Assembly (NCBI GenBank): GCA_973895155.1
Contig: OZ316892.1
Span: 18,776,357 to 18,840,356, forward strand
DNA from: Marsupella aquatica
Lineage: Eukaryota > Plantae > Marchantiophyta
Length of the DNA: 64,000 bases
Direction: 5' to 3'
A program made the position numbers and the translations under genes. How positions within the stretch are numbered: position 1 is the stretch's first letter; each line of letters opens with the position of its first letter. The notes under the pieces are model-generated. The model ran no database searches. It was not told the origin of the DNA and saw nothing but the letters and a program-made list of their open reading frames with translations. This document shows, one piece after another, positions 11,901-23,000 of the stretch.

Positions 11901-12374
11901 CTTGTGCCGGTGGAATTTGAGGTTCCAACCATTCGAATCCTAACACGGGAAAGGGAAGGGGCAGAAGAAAGTGTCGCTTCACGGATCCAACAGTTGGAGC
12001 AACTCACGGAGACACGAGAAGAGGCTTTGACACATACGGAGCAGGAGCAAGGCAAACGCAAGTCACATTACGATTCCCGTCTCCGTCGTGTGTCCATTGA
12101 GGAGGGAGATTTGGTGCTCCTCTACGATAGCCGCTTCATGCATTTCCCCGGGAAGTTGCATACACGGTGGATGGGACCCTACGTAGTGGATGCCGTCTAC
12201 TCCAACGGCTCGGTTCAACTCAAGACATTGGAGGGGCAACTACTCAACACACGGATCAATCAAGAGCGCCTAAAGAAGTACTACACGGAGGAAGAGTATG
12301 GTGCTCGCGGGGGCGCTTCGCAATTAAGAGAGGAGCTATGTGACGGGTACCCCGTCACGGGAAGTCACACATAA
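5976..12374 (+). CDS. gag-pol: Gag-Pol polyprotein (2132 aa), intact
   Basis: Gag capsid region (FKGRPKDDPDEWIEEFE); three CCHC knuckles; protease VDGGSGVN; RT LDGYSGYNQI, MPFGLCNAP, FIDD; RNase H YVDVS...TDH...ADFFSR; integrase HHCC, GVDF/SDRG/ERAN and GPY. Confidence 0.97.
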   Translation: MPRGRRGGRGSPQHTRTPRSELEGGPSWIGTRRRVAAEERLRLAEERRLPLVLEEQVGVQQEEAQRNEAICPDEEPDIDHEREEGEPFVLVQSELQNLIPELTALPQIISHLSSVLLPVAQQAPLPPVLIQAPAAPMAAAQRTRVQYVPFKGRPKDDPDEWIEEFEGIAEANGESAHKLTIIPGMMRGEAGPWFISLLANVKADWALFKQAFLKEFRSIGVEATSLLKVGQLRMKKKESLRRFLQRFQKLVRRIQARTDDAMRQAWFVAALPSKMGFFVRQAKPTTLAEAIAAAESYTAADATSKRCRRKKLKPVDSSSSEESSGSDSDSSDESEDSESTTESDTTESEAERRRRKKKKLSKKVKKSSHREVILPTVAVTPLSTARRLKEQEARYDELTEQMKALKVHFAGLKPERRKVPVERANVWCTKCMKFGHAPKECPAGEPAKVFQVREEDVEGASYSNPSYAAEGPIEYFMEEPPEANVYSVQPLNPGPRSIHGVSTNAGAPAYSNYPNANPGNRPPYPGVRKIPICYNCRVAGHYANVCPEPTRQGNGDFARLCQLCKGEGHLAPHCPTLEAFKAQPIGAQEKKGPPPPLKEASVNFLTTEAVDTPLITRREETVVNIPKQRMTTITEEVVPLVVVVSPVVEIPVVVVATSTEVEVANPSPPSHEWTHAENLPEEDSDEERRHYSCYRVSTRSGKKKGKSELKQKYKEVHQASTSGTSHEPEVPPMEDSDFDRDNPKLFYPKVGEEVRKQLEELEAQAMQAAIDKDMEEAKARKKAEERVVRWKPGEEVIPPIPPATAYNIAQDILDCPVSATIGQLLRDSSLYRRQVKEILMRRRRRRRLPKVGADPIQVNWVTEDLGAPELTVDINGCAIRFVPVDGGSGVNIMTEETANRLGYTELEPPARAMRLADGARVVPLGCLTKIPTMIGGKSFPLNYLVMRPVRPYGFPILIGRPWLYVAKVTSDWGKRQFRFGIPTITIPWSAESPHGETTTMEEEYDSEVTSDEDEDEVYMVKLISHLTEEDVFGPGVATQEHAVEESVSQVHAVLEEMEDERSKIVEAEPLEIHDREAEDHPEEVEMQAHTIMFDDEQREQFLNDILDDDFREELLSHYKESDVEEIMAHVTKDPPPSRPDQEESDAPVYGGMRLARLEETFDEETRNKLDVIRPEQYTKVEVGEGKTLNIGSKLDATEQRTIQELLKEYQDVFAWSHQDLKGVPPEFGEHSIDLMSGARPVRQRQYRLNPKYSLMVKEEIDRLLDAGFIYPVMHSEWVSPIVIVPKKKGPDGKVKIRVCQDFRKLNDATKKDHYPLPFTDIVLDMVAGWEIYSFLDGYSGYNQIWIREEDQLKTAFTTEWGIFAFRRMPFGLCNAPGMFQRLMMNIFHDFLRRFLEIFIDDFAVYGKRVKHPEHLRLTFQRCRETCLKLHPEKCFFGIEEGILLGHKVSARGIEVDREKVAVWVAVSFPKNVKEVRGFLGCVGYYRRFIKDFAKVAMPLTSMLKKGSEFEPTPSRQAAFDELKKRLLEAPVLITPNWNKEFHVYVDVSGFCIGAVLSQLDDDGRDHPIYFASRQLAPAEKNYSPTDREALGIIYACKKYRHYLLGYKVVFHTDHNSLKYMVNKPDLSGRIARWVLLLQEFNYEVRVRSGKSHSNADFFSRIEGASDSQEIDDRFPDEEVFSVNTEATTWYGEILEFLRTARVPSRLGPERAAVFLRKTGPYLLVKGVLHKYGMDGRLRRCLEEAEIRTVMAALHEEEAGGHFARETTARKILDAGYWWPTLFRDVHRYIQRCDPCQRQGKPGPSSRHPLVPILPLAPFEKWGVDFIGPFTPITRRGRKRYIILATDYATKWVEARATAKDDANTTARFLYEQIFTRFGPPLELVSDRGTHFLNHTIERLTENYLISHRKTTPYHPRANGLTERANGIMGKILNKTVSAHKTDWDLKLLAATYAYNLAHKTTTGHSPYFLVFGQHSLVPVEFEVPTIRILTREREGAEESVASRIQQLEQLTETREEALTHTEQEQGKRKSHYDSRLRRVSIEEGDLVLLYDSRFMHFPGKLHTRWMGPYVVDAVYSNGSVQLKTLEGQLLNTRINQERLKKYYTEEEYGARGGASQLREELCDGYPVTGSHT
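12326..12335 (+). other. Polypurine tract
   Basis: AAGAGAGGAG lies 3 nt upstream of the 3' LTR, inside the pol reading frame. Confidence 0.75.
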
Positions 12375-15300
12375 CTGGTTGCAAAGGCCGATACCTTGTT
12401 AATAGTCAATGTAAATAAGCCATTTTTTAATTTTTAGTTAATTCCGTCATTATAGGTTGATGATGCCCCAGGTGACTTTATATTCTTTCTCTCATAATAG
12501 TTCTAAGATTTGCGGCGACCTAAGTGGGCAAATATTTTGGGACCTTGAAACTAGCCAGGACCAGCCCCATAGGACTTACCGTTTTGCTTCAAGAGCTATT
12601 GTTGAGACCCCCATTGCAAAGTCAGGAGAGGGGGGGGTTTTTTTAAATAAATCCCTCCTCAGGAGGGCGAGTCCCATTAGTGGCCGTCCGAGAGAAAGAG
12701 GGGCTGCCTCGCGAGCCCATAGGGCTGCGTGCCCGGGCGATTAATGGGGCTCCGCGAGCTGAAGGGGCTGCCTCGCGAGCCCATAGGGCTGCGTGCCCGG
12801 GCAATTAATGAGGCTCCGCGAGCTGAAGGAGCGCAAGCGAGCGGGGGGGGGGAGTTAAAGGGCCTCCCGCGAGCTGGGAGGATCACGCGAGCGGGGGGGA
12901 GTTAAAGGGCCTCCCGCGAGCTGGGAGGATCACGCGAGCGGGGGGGAGTTGAAGGGCCTCCCGCGAGCCGGGAGGAATGGCCGCGCGCCCTGCATAGGGC
13001 CGCGCGCAGGAGGACGCAAGGGTAAGGCCCGAGAAATGGGCCGGGGCGCATGGCGAAGGCGCCAGGAGTTTTTTCGGTTCTATTTTTTTTTCCTTCCTTT
13101 TTCTTTCCCTCTTCCTTTTGCACGACCCTCTCATTGCCGAAAGCAAAAACGGGGTTCTTCTCTCTCTTGCCGGAAGCTCTCTCCAGATTCTAATTATTTT
13201 TGAAGCTCTCTCTTTCATGGTGGATTAGTGGGGCTTGCTGGCGTCATTCTTCCAGGCATTAGTGGCGGCCGCACGGAGTAGTGACGGGAAATTGAGAGAA
13301 TTTAAGTGATCGGGCTACGGGGGCTGTTTCGGGCCAAGGAATTGACATTGCCACGGGTGACGGGATTGGTGATTGAGAAATTGATTTCGGGATGCATGGA
13401 TGCTAGATCAACCAGAGTTTAATGCGTCACGCATTCGGAGATACAAGGCTGCTTACCGTGACTACGTGGAGACTCGGATTACACGGGAAAGGGAAGAGAG
13501 AGAAGTTATGATGAGCACGGGATTGGCAGCGGGTTCCTCACCGGTGGGTAGGAAGATTTTTCGTCGAATTTATCCCAAGACCTCCACCAAGGTGATGGAG
13601 GATTGTCGGAACATTTTCCAAGCCACCGGGCTTACAGAATTCATGAAGGTGGAGATTACCATCCCTTCAGGGAAGAGCTGGGACATTGAGGCCGGGATGG
13701 AGTTCCGAACGGAGGGAATCTACTTTGAATGTCTCAAACGTGTAGTGCCCCATGTGGAGTTGGCTAAGCTATTGTTTCTTGAGAATCAGAAATTCTCATT
13801 CACACCTCGGAATATCAGGGGAGAACTCACATTGAAAATGGTGGCCACTTGGGTGACCAATCCTACCTCCACCACCGCCATCCCTCTTTCTGCTGTCAAG
13901 GATGTTGAGTATAAGGGCTTCCTGGCCAAGGTGCATCAACGGGTTCTTGGCAACGTGCAATCCGGAGTGCTGAATGAGGAGCATTTCGTGGTAGCTATGG
14001 ACATCAAGAACTACCCAGCCCATGTGTACGGATGGTGGTGCTACGGATTGAAGAAGCTATTGGCCGCTGAGCCCGGGAGTGTGAAACCAGGTGGGGCTGT
14101 ACATTTGATGGGGTCATTTGTATTGGCCAGGGCAGAAGGGTTGATTGGTTCTCCGGGGCATGAAGACACGGGATCATCTCTCACCACGGAGATCCGGAGT
14201 ATTGCCACTACCGTTTTAGGGAAGCTCACGGAGGAATCATTGTCTGCTGGTGGGGAGGATAATAGAGAAGAAGAGAACCAGGAGGATGATTGCACATTGG
14301 AGTGGCTTGAATCACTCGTGGGAGATCCGAAACAGCCTCTGGAATACAACATTCCGGATGTTTACTTGGCAGAGCTACGGGATTTCAGAGAGGGAGTCCA
14401 CGAGGGACTCAAGCTAGTCCACGCATTGAGGGAGTCTCTCAAGCACGCCACAGTCAAAGTAGAGACGTTAGAGCAGAGCATCCTGTCACTGAAGGAGGTG
14501 ATCAAGACCAAGGAGCAGACCATTCATGAGAAGGTCAGGCACATCAATGCAGCTCACGTAGAGATCACCAACTTGAAGGGAGCTTTGTCCACCAAGGCCA
14601 AGGAAGCAGAAGAAGTAGGAGCGTTGAGGCAAGCATTGGCCAAAGAGAAGCAAAATTCTGGAGAAGTGATGGAGTGGAGGAACCAGGTGGGAGCACTACG
14701 GAGTCAGGTGGCAGCCTTTGAGACACGAGCGAAGAGAAGTGAGGCCCTGAGTCTAGGGAAACGGAAGAGTCCCGGCACACCTGGCTCCACACTTTCCCCG
14801 GATGTGATCTCCCAAGCTATCGAGATGGTGGTGAAGGAGGTTAGTGGGAAGTATGGACCCTTGTTGGATGGAGCCAAGAAGAGTCAGGAGAAGAGTAAGA
14901 GCTTGGAGAAGAAGCTCCGGGAGGTACGGAAATCGTTACGGGAGGCTCAGGTCAGTACGGGGATGCCACCCAGGTCTGTCACCCCCGGGACTCCCATGGC
15001 CACGGGGCAAGTTCTACCGTTGGAGTTGCGGTCCGGAGAAGAGGCTACCCTCTGGAAGGACACAATTGGTGAGGGGTACATCAAGGCGTGGCAGGCCTTG
15101 GCTGCTTTGAGGAAGCGCGGGAGCAGCAGCACTAAGAGTACTCCGTCGAAGAAGAAGAAAAGTACGGTGGCACTCACTCCCGTGAGTGATGAGGAGGAGG
15201 ACCACTCACGGGGCACAAGTCCGGGCACCGAGAGCGAAGAAGAAGAGGAGGATTAGATAGGCGTACGGACGTGGGTGTACGGCCTCCAGATTTCCAACAT

Positions 15301-16367
15301 TTTAGTGGGGGGTCACTCATGGGCTTGTTGGGATGAGCTCGCGGAGCTGATTCCAACAAGAGGCGGCGCTCCTCAAACGGAGCCAGGATGAGCAAGTTAT
15401 GGCCTGGAGAACTTATGTTTTTGCGGTACGGAAACGGCCATAACTCAGGCGTCTGAAGTCCGTTGAGGGAGCGACTTAGTGATTCGGAAGCAGGAAAAGA
15501 AGAGCTATCCAGGGGTGAGCTCAGGTGTGCACTTGGAAGGGCACCTAGTTTCGGCCATTTTGGGGTGCCTCTCACTTTCAGGGTTCACGTGTACTGTTGG
15601 GGCGCCGTCGAAGGCACCGTCGGCCCCCTTGTTTTGGGTTTAGGGTTTTAGCAGCATGTGTGTGCCGCATGCTCCTCTTCAGTTTAAGGATTTCTCTTAG
15701 TGCAAGGTTTTAGCGGCGCCGCTAGGGTAGCCGCCACCGTTGTGACCCTGTGAGGGGTGCTTTGGTGTGATTTTTCAGTATTTAGGGGGATAGCCCCGAA
15801 GTAGTTAGGGGGACTCAGTGTGAAGTTAGCAAGGAGGGATAGAGTGGAGCCTGAGGAGTTTGAAAGCGTGTTCAGAGTAGTGAGGGGGAGCCATACTCAT
15901 TGTCCGGAGAGGCAGGAGTTGAGTAGACGGCAGGAGGCCGGGTTACTCATGCAATGTGTATCGTTTTTCCCAAGAGATATGGATCTGTACATTTGACTTG
16001 ATGGGCTTTTGTTGTGTGTTCCTTCTCCCTTTTTCGCTTTCCGAATTGTGTTCTCCCGTTCTATGATTTGAAGAAACTTGCTTGGTTTGAGTCGGCCTTG
16101 TGAGTAGGGGTGGTGACAGCACTCTTTGGGTGACTCCGAGTGAAGGTGTAGTGGGGTAGTCGGCAGGACTTGATCAAAAGCTGTGGGGTGAGGGTAGTCG
16201 GTAGACTTGATCAAAACCTACATTTCCGGGAGCGGAAACCAAAATACTCATCCTGGTGTGAAAAGAATCCAAATAGCGTCCCTCCACGACCCCGTAATAC
16301 GATACCAACGGTTTAAGCGAAGAAAAGTGCGGTTTGCACGTATTAACCGTTGGAGAGGCAAGTGACA
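12339..16367 (+). repeat. 3' LTR (4029 bp)
   Basis: Copy of 1596-5720 lacking two 47-bp units and 2 G residues; three substitutions noticed by eye. Confidence 0.96.
13400..15256 (+). CDS. Second copy of the LTR-embedded 618-aa ORF
   Basis: Same translation as 2753..4609 except S8N. Confidence 0.85.
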   Translation: MLDQPEFNASRIRRYKAAYRDYVETRITREREEREVMMSTGLAAGSSPVGRKIFRRIYPKTSTKVMEDCRNIFQATGLTEFMKVEITIPSGKSWDIEAGMEFRTEGIYFECLKRVVPHVELAKLLFLENQKFSFTPRNIRGELTLKMVATWVTNPTSTTAIPLSAVKDVEYKGFLAKVHQRVLGNVQSGVLNEEHFVVAMDIKNYPAHVYGWWCYGLKKLLAAEPGSVKPGGAVHLMGSFVLARAEGLIGSPGHEDTGSSLTTEIRSIATTVLGKLTEESLSAGGEDNREEENQEDDCTLEWLESLVGDPKQPLEYNIPDVYLAELRDFREGVHEGLKLVHALRESLKHATVKVETLEQSILSLKEVIKTKEQTIHEKVRHINAAHVEITNLKGALSTKAKEAEEVGALRQALAKEKQNSGEVMEWRNQVGALRSQVAAFETRAKRSEALSLGKRKSPGTPGSTLSPDVISQAIEMVVKEVSGKYGPLLDGAKKSQEKSKSLEKKLREVRKSLREAQVSTGMPPRSVTPGTPMATGQVLPLELRSGEEATLWKDTIGEGYIKAWQALAALRKRGSSSTKSTPSKKKKSTVALTPVSDEEEDHSRGTSPGTESEEEEED

Positions 16368-17276
16368 ACGTTCATATCGAACATCATCCTTTGCATCATG
16401 CTTACCATGTTTAGGCCTCCACTATTGTACTTGGAACATAGGAGCATTCCTCTTAGGAATGGAGGAATGCTCTCACACTAGTAGAAACCGGGGGGTATTT
16501 AGACCCCATTAAACGACTATTCAGTATCGTATAGGACTTGGAAACGACTGGGAAGGACTCCAGTCCTTTATAGGACTGCGAGTCGTATGTTTTGTTACTA
16601 TAATCAACTGAGTCCTTTATAGAACTGGTTTATAAGTCGTTTAATAGACTGGATTTTCAGTCTATTTTAGTCTTTGTGTGGGTAGCTTTGGTGAGTCATT
16701 TTCAGTCTTTTATGGGCTGAGATGGTGAGTCGTTGGGTCTTTAAATATACTTTGTGGGGTATGTATAAGTCTTTCATGTCAACTGGATATGAGTGATGAA
16801 GACCCCACTATACCACTTGGAATGAACCCACTCTTGTGCACAAATAACATATTGCATTCATGTTTTATTGTGTACTTGGAATGAACTCACTCTATAAGTT
16901 CACCATTCATCATGTTAACATTAGAATACATAGTTTCAGAAAGCCATCTTCTATACCATGTACACTAACATGAATTCACAGATTCAAACTTCATAGACTA
17001 CAAAGAAGGTCACAAAGTATTCCTCTATACCATACACACTAATACTGAAATGATACAAAACAGATTCAAGTATCATAGACAATCACCATAGAGCCATAGT
17101 TTGACATCAATCACTTGTTTCATACATACAGAATTCAGAAATATCAATGTCACACACAACGGCTCCTTCATCCTCTTTACCAAATGGAAAAATTGGTACA
17201 GATATTTCTTGGATCTTTCCAAGGCAATGTCAAAATGTGACACAATTCACATGATTCTATCTACACTTGCATTCAG

Positions 17277-20062
17277 TCACTGCAGACTAACACACTCTGA
17301 TGGCCAGAGCACAAGAGATCCTACTGCATCTGCAATTATTTCCTGAGGTGGATCATCGTCTCTATTCGGAAATGGCAAATTACAATCAGATACAATCACT
17401 GTAGTCAACAACACTACTACATGGTCATCCGGGACCACTTTGCCATGGAATTTTGCATGATCCGGTCGCAAAATGCCTGTACCCACACATACTTGCGAGT
17501 CATCCTCCCATGATAGAAGATTATGGACTGGCTCTGCTGTGGCTATCACCTCCACCTTACCCTGGCTGTTTTTCTTGGCTTTCCTGGGTGGCTTATACAT
17601 GACATTATTCATACCTTGGTTGCGAGTCATGACTTTGGCACGAGTGTTTTGTGCTGGTGATCGAGAATTGGCTACACTCTTCTTCAAAGAATCTGCATCC
17701 ATATTTGACACTTCTGATTGTGTAGCAGGATTTCCCTGCGACATCTCAGTATCTGCCAACATTGTACTTGCTTCAATTGAAGCATCTACAATCTTACTTG
17801 CATCCAATGTTGCTCCCAAGTTTCGACGTCGCTTCACCCTGCTCCCACTTGGTTGAGAGTCTGTCAACTCTGCATCAACTACAATTCAGTGTCATGTCCA
17901 ACATAAGTCAATCACTCATCACATGTGCTAAATGTACATGTCACCAACCACAAAGTTGTCACTATCTCCTTACCATTATGAACAGCCTTCTTCCCCTTCT
18001 TTGCCATTGCCATATGCTCCATGTCTACTTCTGTTGATCAATAAACACACCACAATATTCACGTTGAATCTATTAACCACTGAATTGTTGCTCAACATTC
18101 ATATAGAGGAATTTAAAGCATCAGCTTACCTGATACCTCCTTGGCTATGGTCACTGAGGCACTGGGCACATCTTCTTCATTATTGCTCTTTGAATCACCT
18201 GATACATCAATCATGATGTCACTTCAGATCCCAGTTCATCCAACCAGTTCTTACAGAAAAGATTACCTCCAACCGGTTTAAGCTTCACAAAACTCCATGC
18301 ACTTTTCAAATGTAATGTACTGGATCATAGCAGGTTACCTATCTCAGCAACCTTCTTGCCCTTTTGCTTACTGATTACAGGGTCCTTCTCTGCCTCCACT
18401 CTTCCTGCATTCAAACCATTCACTCAATTCATGAAAACTTACTTCTAACATTTGAACATAGGACACAATGAACAATGGGCCGGTGTCATTTCCATACCTG
18501 TGTCAGATTTGCCAATTCCCTTTTTTGTTAACAAGGGCACACTTTGTACAATGTTGCCCTCATTGTTTGGTTGGGAACCACCCAATTTTTCAATCACAAG
18601 CTTGAAATTAGATTCCACTGATGCAAGAAGGTTCGCTACAGATGCCTCCACAATATCCAAACGATCAGCCAATTTACTTTCCACTCGAGGGAGTCCACAC
18701 TCTAATGACTTCAACCGTTCACACATCTCTGTGAGAGTTGTAATAGTTCCCTGTCATAACACAGCTTACATATCTCAGATAACTGTCCCCAAGAACTGGT
18801 TGCTTACTTCCTACTACATTTCTTTCTGATGCTCAAGGCCAAATAGTCACAGAACATACAGAATTACAACATAATCACCTGTTTGGAAGTTACACTTGTC
18901 ACCTCACTCCTTTGTTTCATGAACTCCTCTCTCACTTCTTGTGCTGATGGTTCTTCACCTGTCAATTTCTTCTGCAGTCCACATCAACATACATATGAAT
19001 GAAACCAAGTGTTGATTGTCAATGAAAATGTAATAATGGTAGCAAGATGATAAGTTTGAGGCTTACTATCAGGCATGTCACTGCCTTACCAATTGTTCTT
19101 TCACTGGAGCATAACTTCCTCTCCCAGCCTGTGAAAGGTGTTTCACTTTGCCTCGAGCATTTCACTTCTACTTTACCAAATTTGTTACTGTCTCCTGCCT
19201 TGGTACTCCTTGAAGCGCTACTAGGTGTCCCTCCACGGCCTGGTGTCCCCCCACGGCCTGGGGTCCCTCCACGGCCTGATCTCCCCCCACGGCCTGGATT
19301 GCATTGTCCAAACCTCCCTGGAGTCCCTGCACATTTACAGGATCCATTTACAGTCACTTACATTAGGTAAGTATGAATCATAAATCCCGCTGCCAAATAT
19401 ACAGTGGACTTCAGAGCAATTCTGCAATGACCAAGTTACCTCTCCCTTGGCGCATAGATGGTTCTGGACCACCTGTCCTATTGCTTTGTCTTGATGAATT
19501 AGGGGCATTTCTCCCGCCTGTGAATGATTGCCTCCTATCTGAACGTGGATGGCCTTTGTTGTTTTCGTGATTGTCCCAATCAGAGTCTGCATACCAACAG
19601 GTACATGCCACACTCATGGACCTGTAAGATAAACTCTTTGCCCTAGCTACACATCAGATAAGTGCATATTGAGCTAAATCTCTACTACCATCACAAAATC
19701 ACTAGCACAAGGCACTTACTTGTCCAATCATCCTCCTCACCTTTCCATTGCCCTCTGTACCCGTCTCTACCACGCTCTAGGTGTTCATATTCATCCCATC
19801 CATCTTCTGCTCCATCATAGTCATCATCATAATTATCAGGCGTCCCTTGCCAATAACTCTGGCCCCATCTAGGGTATGGATTATGTGATTTCTCTCTAGC
19901 TGCCCACCTACCTGGGACTTGATGAGGGCCCTGTGCATCTTGCACAGGTGCATTTTTCTGTGAGCCCCCTGCATCTGGGTCTCCATCCATATCCAATCTT
20001 TCCTCTTCACCCCACTCTCCAAGCCCCATGTCTGTCTCCATGTCATCACCCTCTTCCCCCAT
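17277..20062 (-). pseudogene. tnpA: TnpA/ORF2-like multi-exon gene of CACTA-1, with RGG repeats and a C-terminal Tnp1/En/Spm-like domain
   Basis: Exon-like ORFs 19691..20062, 19411..19617, 19019..19357 (PGRGGT repeats), 18445..18726 and 17277..17867 (VGTGIL...FHGKVVPDDHVVV...LPFP...ADAVGSLVLWP). Exon boundaries and intactness are uncertain. Confidence 0.6.
19223..19298. repeat. 18-bp tandem repeat (4 copies) encoding PGRGG(T/R) on the minus strand
   Basis: GGTGTCCCTCCACGGCCT-like units in tandem. Confidence 0.85.
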
Positions 20063-20099
20063 AGCTTCTGCACAGCACCCACAACCAAACAGGGAGAAT

Positions 20100-23000
20100 C
20101 AGTCTCATGACTAGGATGCTCGAATGCAGCATGGTCATCCAAACTGAACTCTACTTTACTTCCATCCATCCGCCTGTTCCGTGCTTGGCTATGGCATACC
20201 ACCCTCCAGCCATGTGACTCCTCCACATCTGCAAAGAAAGCCTGTTCAACTTGGCTAGGGAAAACAAAAGGCTCAGACCATTCTGGTACTCTGGACCTAA
20301 AATTGGCCAACAAGAACCCATCATGATCACGCTTCATGGTGGCCCTTGGTCTCTGCCACTCTGATTTCACCCATGATCCCTTCATCAATATCACTGGGAC
20401 ACTTGTGTTACCATAATTCAACACCCAAATGTCGGTCAACTCCCCCACGTAACCCATCTTCATCCACCCCCTCTGTTCTTCAGAGGTTCTCTGCTCAAAC
20501 ACAGAAATCAAACCACAATCATATGATACACAATGGTCACCCTGCTCATCCCTCACTCGATAATGATTTCCATAAGCTCTCATCCGTTTGTAGGTCAGAA
20601 TAGACAATCGTGGTGGCACAGATAGAAGATACAAATCCTTCTCCATATCTGGGTGATGTCTACTATGCTCTCGAATTGTCACCCGAATCCACTGCTCGAA
20701 CTATGGGAAGGGATCCTGCTGCCCAGAGTGTGCAGCTTTTTGCATATCATATTCCCTGCAATATGAGGTACAGGCATAGTTAGGTCTAAACAACACATGA
20801 CAACCTAAGATCACCCTTGGAACAGACAAGAAGCATCACAACAAAGGCAAGTCAATTCAATCACTCACCTCCACCATGGTTGCATAGGCTCTGTGTTTGC
20901 CAGCACATATGAATGAGCCTTGTCTCGAATCGCAACAGGCAGCTGAACAGCACGTCCCACACCTTCAACAACCTCGCCACTCACTCCATCATCTTCACCA
21001 GATTTCCAAACTCTTGTCATAGCTTCACCAGACCCAGCCATGTACTCTGTTAGGAATCCCAACGTCTCATCCTTAATGTACCCCAATGCCATGGAAGCCT
21101 CTGGCCTGTAGTATGTTCTCACATGACCTTTCAACAACTTCATGTATCGCTCCATAGGGTACATCCATCTGGTACTGACTGGCCCATACTGCCCTAGCTC
21201 TTCTACCACATGGATTAGGAGATGAGTCATAACATCAAAGAAAGCAGGGGGGAAGTATATCTCCAAGTCACAGAGGACATAAGCAGCATCCTGCTTCAAC
21301 TGCTCCAATCCTTGGGGATCCCACACTTTCACACATATACGGCGAAATACATTGCACAGTCAAAGAATGACATTACGGACTGGTTTCTGCATGAGACCTC
21401 TGAGGCATAGGGGCAGAATGTGCTGCATCAACACATGGTAGTCATGTGTTTTCATACTGCCAAGTTTATTCTTTGTAATATGCTTCTTGAAGGCACCAGC
21501 ATAGCCAGAGGGCACTTTCAGACAGCTCAATCTATACAAGAATGTCTTCCATTCATCCTGTGTGCACACATAGGGAGCTTGGAACTTGAGAAGTACATTG
21601 GGATTGCTTGCATGGGGCTTCAACCAAAGGTGAGGGCGAATCCCCTTCTGTTGCATATCAGCTCGAACTGCTCCTGTATCTTTCTCACCCGACAAGAACT
21701 TCAGCAAGCTCTCACAAATATTTTTCTCAATGTGCATGACGTCCACATTGTGTTTGCTGGGCTCGAATTCCTGCACTCCACAAAGCAAAGAATTCAACAA
21801 CAGAAACACTAATTAACCACATAGGAGGATTGTAACCAACATCAATCCACCATTGCTCCAATCTAAAATTGCAATCATATAGGGGCTGGAGGCTAAGTAC
21901 ATTACCCTCCAGTACTCCAACTCCAAGTCCATCAAGGTCTGTCTTTTCACACCGTGTTTCACCACTGGATCCTCAGGTTCTCGATCAGTGGCACTTCTCT
22001 TGTCCCAATCAGCCTTCCTGGCTGCCCACCTCAGGACTTGCTCTCTGGTGACCCTCTGTGGTGGGCCACGAAGCTCTGTTTTGTTGTTGAAGTGTGCAAT
22101 TTGAGACCGTGTGTGCCTGTAAGGATGATCAACAGGCAGATACCTTCTATGCCCCTGAAATTTCATACTGTGCAGGGCATGCGACCACTCACTTATCACA
22201 TTTTTCCCACATGGTGTGCACCCCACATAGCCCTTTGTCACTCGTCCAGATATGATGCCATGGCCTGGGTAATCTGCTATATCCAGCAAACAAATTGCAT
22301 GCAGTCTAAAGGGGCTGGGTCGAAGAAGCCCCTTCAGAACATCATGGGTTAACACCCCTTCTATCCACAAAGTCTTCCACTCTTCCATTGCTGGAGCCAA
22401 CATGATATCTATGAATTGCTCAGTCACAGAAGCTGGTCCAGGGATTAACAGCACCATCATGACAAAAAACCTCTTTGTAGTCATCCATGGGGGAAGGTTG
22501 TAATTTAGCAGCGTAACCGGCCAACATGAATAACGGTTGTTTTTGTCTCCAAATGGGTTTACTCCATCCAGTGATAGACCAAATCTAAAGTTCCGCTTCT
22601 CTGCAGCAAACTATGGCCACCTCTCATCAACAAATTTCCAATGGTTGGAATCTCCAATGTGACGCTGCAGGCCATCACTGCTCTTGTTATCAGGATTCCA
22701 TGTCATCAGCTTGGAAATGGCAGGGCATCTAAACAGACGTTGTAGTCTAGGAATGAGAGGAAAATGACGAAGAACCTTGGCAGGGTGTGTACATTTCCCT
22801 ACATTCTTGTACCTGTGCTTACCACAATGAGGGCATGTCAATTTATCTGCATGCTCTTTGCGAAAGAGAACACACCCATCAGGGCATGCGTCAATAGACA
22901 CATAGTTCAGCCTAAGGTTAGACATCAATTTCCTAGCCTCGTACATATTTTTTGGAATTGAATTACCATCTGGTAACACATTTTGGCGCAGGAAGGTCAA

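Larger units (their letters stand above)
1596..16367 (+). mobile_element. Full-length Ty3/Gypsy LTR retrotransposon, non-chromovirus (Athila-like), very recent insertion
   Basis: TG...CA ends; 5-bp TSD ACGTT at 1591-1595 and 16368-16372; near-identical LTRs; tRNA-Asp-type PBS; single gag-PR-RT-RH-INT ORF; no chromodomain seen. Confidence 0.97.

Noticed and set aside
6348-12061. Many short antisense or alternate-frame ORFs overlapping gag-pol (likewise over the transposases)
   Set aside because: Shadow ORFs of long coding sequences, with no independent evidence.
1596-16367. Segmental duplication or assembly artefact explaining the 4-kb repeat
   Set aside because: TG..CA ends, the ACGTT TSD, PBS and PPT show the repeats are genuine LTRs.
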